Assembly (NCBI GenBank): GCA_002328075.1
Contig: DCVT01000015.1
Coordinates: forward strand, 75,971 to 139,970
DNA from: Anaerolineales bacterium UBA2181
Lineage (GTDB): Bacteria; Chloroflexota; Anaerolineae; Promineifilales; UBA4811
Length of the DNA stretch: 64,000 nt
Direction of reading: 5' to 3'
Shown in pieces: positions 63,122-64,000 of the stretch. Position numbers and translations under genes: made by a program. The notes below the pieces were generated by a model. The model made no database searches. It worked only from the letters and a program-made list of their open reading frames with translations, and was not told the origin of the DNA. Within the stretch, counting starts at the first letter, position 1; every line of letters starts with the position of its first letter.

Positions 63122-64000
63122 GTTACCGTCACCTGGTGTCCGTACGAGACCAGCAAGCTATTGGCCGGAAGCGTGATGCGCTCGGTCCGTTGCTTTCTCG
63201 CTTTTTCCTTGCCGCTCCGTATTACCTCAAACACATCCAGCGCTTCGACATAAGCCACCCCGCCCACCTGCTGGACACACGAATAAACGTCCGAGAGATA
63301 AAGGTCGCGGCCGAACGGCCATCCCTCATTATCTTCACCCCCGGAAAATGGGTTTAGATACGCATACAGGCGGTCGGTCACCAGCTTTTCCACCCGCTTG
63401 GGCGCCAGATGCGGCTGCGCCTTGACCTTGGTTTCGATTGACACGACGACGTACTCCGGTTCGCGGATCTCAAGCCGGACGGTGAGAAGACGTCGCGAGT
63501 CGAGATAGTCCAAGATCTGCTGTTTGAGGGGTTGAGGCAGCTTTAGGTCGTCGGGATTCACCTCCTGGCCCAATGCCTCTACCCGCGGGACCACCAACAG
63601 ATAGACTGTTCCCGGGCTGGGGTCGCCCTCACGGCCGGCGGGCTGGATACACCTTACCCGGGCCACCTCGCGGGCGGCCTCCTTGGCCAGGAACTCGTAA
63701 TCGTCGGCCGTAACCGCCCGGCTGCGTGCCCGGATGATACTCGGGGCGCGCACCTTGGCCAGATCAATGCTTTCGGCGTCGGTGCCACCCAGCGCAGGAA
63801 ATCTGTTCTGCACCCGCGCGATGTAGGGAATGGAGGTCTTGAGCACCCGCAGTTTGCCCGACTGCACGTTTCCGATCACGCCGCCGCCGTAGCGGTATCC
63901 GGCGAACCGGACTTGCTTTCCCCGCGGCGGAATCGCCCCATACACGCGCATGTCGCCATCGGGCTGCCGGAGACTGGGACCAAAGCGAATCTCACCGGTC
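63118..64000 (-). CDS. Baseplate J (gpJ/gp6/Afp11)-like protein; 5' part lies beyond the window end
   Basis: Motifs typical of the baseplate J C-terminal half are present (YRYGGGVIGNV, RAVTADDYEFLAKEA). The reading frame stays open upstream of the first Met (..TGEIRFGPSLRQPDGD-MRVYG) to nt 64000. Confidence 0.7.
   Translation of the reverse strand, partial: TGEIRFGPSLRQPDGDMRVYGAIPPRGKQVRFAGYRYGGGVIGNVQSGKLRVLKTSIPYIARVQNRFPALGGTDAESIDLAKVRAPSIIRARSRAVTADDYEFLAKEAAREVARVRCIQPAGREGDPSPGTVYLLVVPRVEALGQEVNPDDLKLPQPLKQQILDYLDSRRLLTVRLEIREPEYVVVSIETKVKAQPHLAPKRVEKLVTDRLYAYLNPFSGGEDNEGWPFGRDLYLSDVYSCVQQVGGVAYVEALDVFEVIRSGKEKARKQRTERITLPANSLLVSYGHQVTVT

Noticed and set aside
61952-64000. Baseplate J + gpI genes interpreted as part of an ordinary P2-like prophage
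   Set aside because: This is not fully rejected. In P2-like phages gpI is followed by tail-fibre genes, whereas here it is followed by a kinase-FHA-FHA gene and gpI itself carries an FHA domain. No integrase, lysis or head genes are visible. The decisive upstream genes lie outside the window.

Overview
High-GC (about 60%) bacterial chromosomal window. The gene content, a T-box leader and Pro/Thr-rich linkers suggest a Chloroflexota-like organism, but this is inference only. The window falls into three blocks. (1) 1-22.4 kb is an anaerobic C1/electron-bifurcation locus. It holds three successive HdrA-type flavoprotein + MvhD pairs, and two of the HdrA genes are giant (~1520 aa) HdrA-GltD-HdrA fusions. 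It also encodes MetV, MetF, a fused HdrCB, an embedded two-component system and two tandem DHDPS-family::Fae-like fusion proteins. Two of the three mvhD genes carry an in-frame TGA at a position that is Cys in the third copy. Each TGA is followed by an identical hairpin, so I read them as selenocysteine codons with SECIS elements. (2) 22.4-39.9 kb is housekeeping and stress. It contains trxA, a Trp-specific T-box leader in front of a TrpB2-type gene, a CsoR-family repressor with a perfect palindromic operator upstream of PDO/OsmC genes, and an NrtR-type NAD salvage cluster. It also has tRNA-Asn, yjbQ, fabI, mpg, an M23 peptidase and RNase P RNA. (3) 40-64 kb is an accessory-looking block that starts just after rnpB with a frameshifted receiver-domain relic. 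It encodes secreted beta-helix/GH-like and Ig-repeat proteins. A very dense Ser/Thr-phosphorylation cluster follows: 8 FHA domains, 3 Hanks kinase domains (one catalytically dead) and one PP2C, with VWA, M23, C39-like and GH-like envelope modules. This cluster abuts the baseplate genes of a contractile tail-like apparatus (baseplate J plus an FHA::gpI fusion) that continues beyond the window end. The FHA-wired contractile-injection baseplate and its phospho-signalling cluster are the most novel candidate system. No CRISPR arrays, rRNA genes, transposases or integrases were seen. All domain calls come from motif reading by eye, and no database searches were run.
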